This document shows positions 61,252-64,000 of a stretch of DNA of 64,000 nt, piece by piece. The notes below the pieces were generated by a model. It was not told the DNA's origin, made no database searches, and saw only the letters and a program-made list of their open reading frames with translations. The position numbers were made by a program, and so were the translations under genes. Position 1 is the first letter of the stretch, and every line of letters begins with the position of its first letter. Source of the DNA: Zootoca vivipara (taxonomy: Eukaryota); the NCBI RefSeq assembly GCF_963506605.1, contig NC_083280.1, positions 4,774,001 through 4,838,000 of the forward strand, given 5' to 3'.

Positions 61252-63679
61252 TATTATGTGCTATCCTGGGACCCCCAGGGTGAACAGCGGACTACAAATA
61301 CTCCTGAATACTTACCTTCACGTTGGCTGTGGTTGATGGGGGTTGTAGTTCAAAATATCTGGAAGTCCCCAGGCTGGAATATCTCCCAGTCCTGCAGTGA
61401 ACAGCAGCATGATTCAGGAAAGGGAGGAGTCAGGATTTTGAGACACCCTCTTCTGCCCCTGAATTGCAGGTCTGTCCCTTTGGTTTCCTCTGTACCTCAG
61501 TTGTCTTTGATGTGCTGAAATAGGATACCATTTGCCTACCTCAAGAGGAGGGTAAATACGGTAGCACAAGTAGGACAGTGCAAGTTGAAATGAGGGAATG
61601 TGCAAGGGTGAGGTGGATTAAGGAGGACCTCAGTCCAGAAAGCTCTCCAATGCATACCAGAGGAATTGAATTTGAACACTGGCCCCTCTTATAGCAGGGT
61701 TTGTTTGTTTTTTTACATTGTTCCTGCACAGCTCAATAGGTCTAGATGCTGAGTGTGCCTGTATGTGTAAGGATTTCGCCATCACAGCTGAATTTAGCAG
61801 GACTCCAACTGCCATGCAAACGGATATAGAACAAGGCTGCCATGCTCTGCAGTGTGTGCTCCCACCCACTACCTCCCCACTAACAGAATTCCTGTTTGTA
61901 TTACTAGTTGCACGAAGCGTGTGCACACACAGGAACCAACCAGACAAGACTTCTGCTTGCTTTCTGTAGTGAGGGAAAACCAGCCCTGCTTTATTTCTGC
62001 TTGTCCTTGCAGGTGTCAAAGGCACAGGAGCCCTGCCAACAAAAAAATATGGCAACCACACAACTCGCTCGTTGGAAAGGGCTGCTGCTGCTATGCTTCA
62101 TAATGTAACCGAAATGCCATCAAACTCAAGTGTCCATTCCAAAGGTTTAATCTGCCTGTACGAAAAGAGTCGTGCCATTTTTATTTTTGTCAAACCCCAA
62201 AACTGAAGTGTATTATAAAGCAGATGAAAGCAACTAATGTTTTAGTTGCACTAACCATGAATTAAGTTGTTCCAACCATTAATCCGCTGAATAAAATTCA
62301 CAATGGCTACAGATTCTTGTAGCTATTGATCCCTATGGAGACGCTGACTCAAACTTCCTGCAAATCAGGAGTGAGCTCATCGACAAAGTCCTGGTGCGCG
62401 CGCGCGCACACACACACACACACACTCTTACTGCCATCAGTTGTGCTGCTTGATCCTGCTGAGGAATTCCACTTTGTGTGTCTCAGCCAGTGGGTTTGGC
62501 ACACAAAGGTTTATGCCAGAATAAATTTGCATGTTCCAAATGTAAATAGGTTTGAGTGCTAGAAGTATTTAATTCTGATATGCTAGTTATTCATGCTAGG
62601 CAAGGAGCACCGTGTTCTTTAAAGGATTTTGAACAGTGAGTGGGAAAGCATGAATTGCACGATAAGACAAAAGAATGTGGATTAAGGGAAGAAAGGCAGG
62701 GACTCCTTCTATGGCTACATTCAGACCACACATTTAAAGCACTATGATACCACTTCTGTAGCTTCTCCCAAAGATTCCTGGGAGCTGTTGTTTGTTAAGG
62801 GTGCTGAGAATTGTGAGGAGACTCGTCTTTCCTTCACAAGTTACAATTCTTAGTTTTCTGGGAAGAGGGATTGTTAAACTACTCTGAAACTGTAGCTCTG
62901 TGAAGGAAATAGGGGCCTCCTAGCAACTCTCAGCATGTTTAACAAACTACAACTCTCAGATTTTTTTTGAGGCAAGTCATGGTTGTTTAAAGTATCATAG
63001 TGCTTCAGGTTGGCTGTATGACTGTTCTCCTGCCTCCCACTCCCTCCCCCCTTTTTTAATAATGTGATGATGGCAATAGGTTTCTCTGTTTTGTTTTGGT
63101 TTGTCATTGCAGCCAGAGTATTATGTAACATTTAACTTGGTGTGTGGGTTTTATATGCTGGAATAATTGATGTAATAACATTTTTTGATATCTTTAATCC
63201 TGTCTCCTGGAAGCTCATTATTTCATTGATATTGATCCAGTTTATTAAAGCATATCTTGACCATGTTTTGTATAAGGCAGTTTACAGAATAAAGGTTATA
63301 TGCACATCTCCCCCCCCCCCCCAAAAAAAACCCCAACCCTAATAGTGCTGCAAGGATAAAATGGGGAGGTGGTGTTTACTATCTCGAGCTCCTTGGAGGA
63401 GAAGATACACTATAAATGCAATAAATGAACGCCATGCCATGCGCATCGACAAACAATATACAGGGTAGTGATATACTGGCACACTACAAAGTCATACAAA
63501 AATATATTGCCCAAGGCAACTACTCCAGAGTAAGGAGTGATTTGTTTGTCCACACTCCTGACTCCTTTACCTTTAATTTTTGTATGATTTTGCAATGCAC
63601 ATCAGGCGAGAAAGCGAGTTCTATCCTTGAGGGGCCACCACTGACAAAGCCCTGCAACACACTGCAGCCCCTCGAGTGC

Positions 63680-64000
63680 TGATCCAGGGCGGCTGCCCTA
63701 CCAGCCATGCTCTAGGGTCCACTGCAGGCGAGGGGGCACCCAAAGGCCCCGACCGGGTCACGTGGGCATGACCCTCTGACTTTCAGTTCTGAGCAGCAGG
63801 ACAGGCAGGTACTGTACTGTTCTGTATAAGAAAAGAGGGGTCCTTGGGGAGACGCTTGGGTGTCTGCCGCTGCCTGACTTGCCACAACGCCCCGATTCTC
63901 GCGGTTGCCTTTCCCCTCTTTCTCCATTGCCCTCGGGAGGATTTCCCCGCCACCCGTTCCACAGGCCTCGCCGCCGCCTTTTCCTCCTGAAACAGGCATT
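63680..64000. promoter_or_regulatory. Edge of a CpG island, probable promoter of the next gene
   Basis: CpG rise at the window end; E-box GTCACGTG 63757-63764. PSMD1 follows C2orf72 in human, but no coding sequence is visible here. Confidence 0.5.

Overview
Vertebrate genomic DNA. Sauria-type SINEs, BovB, CR1, L2 and Penelope repeats point to a squamate, probably a lacertid lizard (inferred from repeat content). Gene order: 3' end of LRCH3 (+; two alternative last exons, one encoding a membrane anchor, each with a long 3' UTR); complete IQCG/DRC9 (-; 10 coding exons, ~409 aa) head-to-head with RPL35A (+; 5 exons, 110 aa, 5'TOP); a two-exon ERCC6L/PICH-like SNF2 translocase (+; 1196 aa); a repeat-rich interval; C2orf72 (+; 3 exons, 285 aa); and the edge of a CpG island at the window end. 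The most unusual feature is the ERCC6L-like gene. It lies outside the PIN4/RPS4X neighbourhood of mammalian ERCC6L yet keeps the conserved intron and a CpG promoter. It also has a 67-aa internal duplication, a motif IV Q-to-Y change, and a premature stop that removes the C-terminal TPR/SIM region. Five copies of a minimal hammerhead ribozyme occur in Penelope-like element ends, one pair forming a perfect 92-bp hairpin inside LRCH3. Gene identities rest on my recollection of the human proteins plus hand-checked splice phases; no database searches were run.
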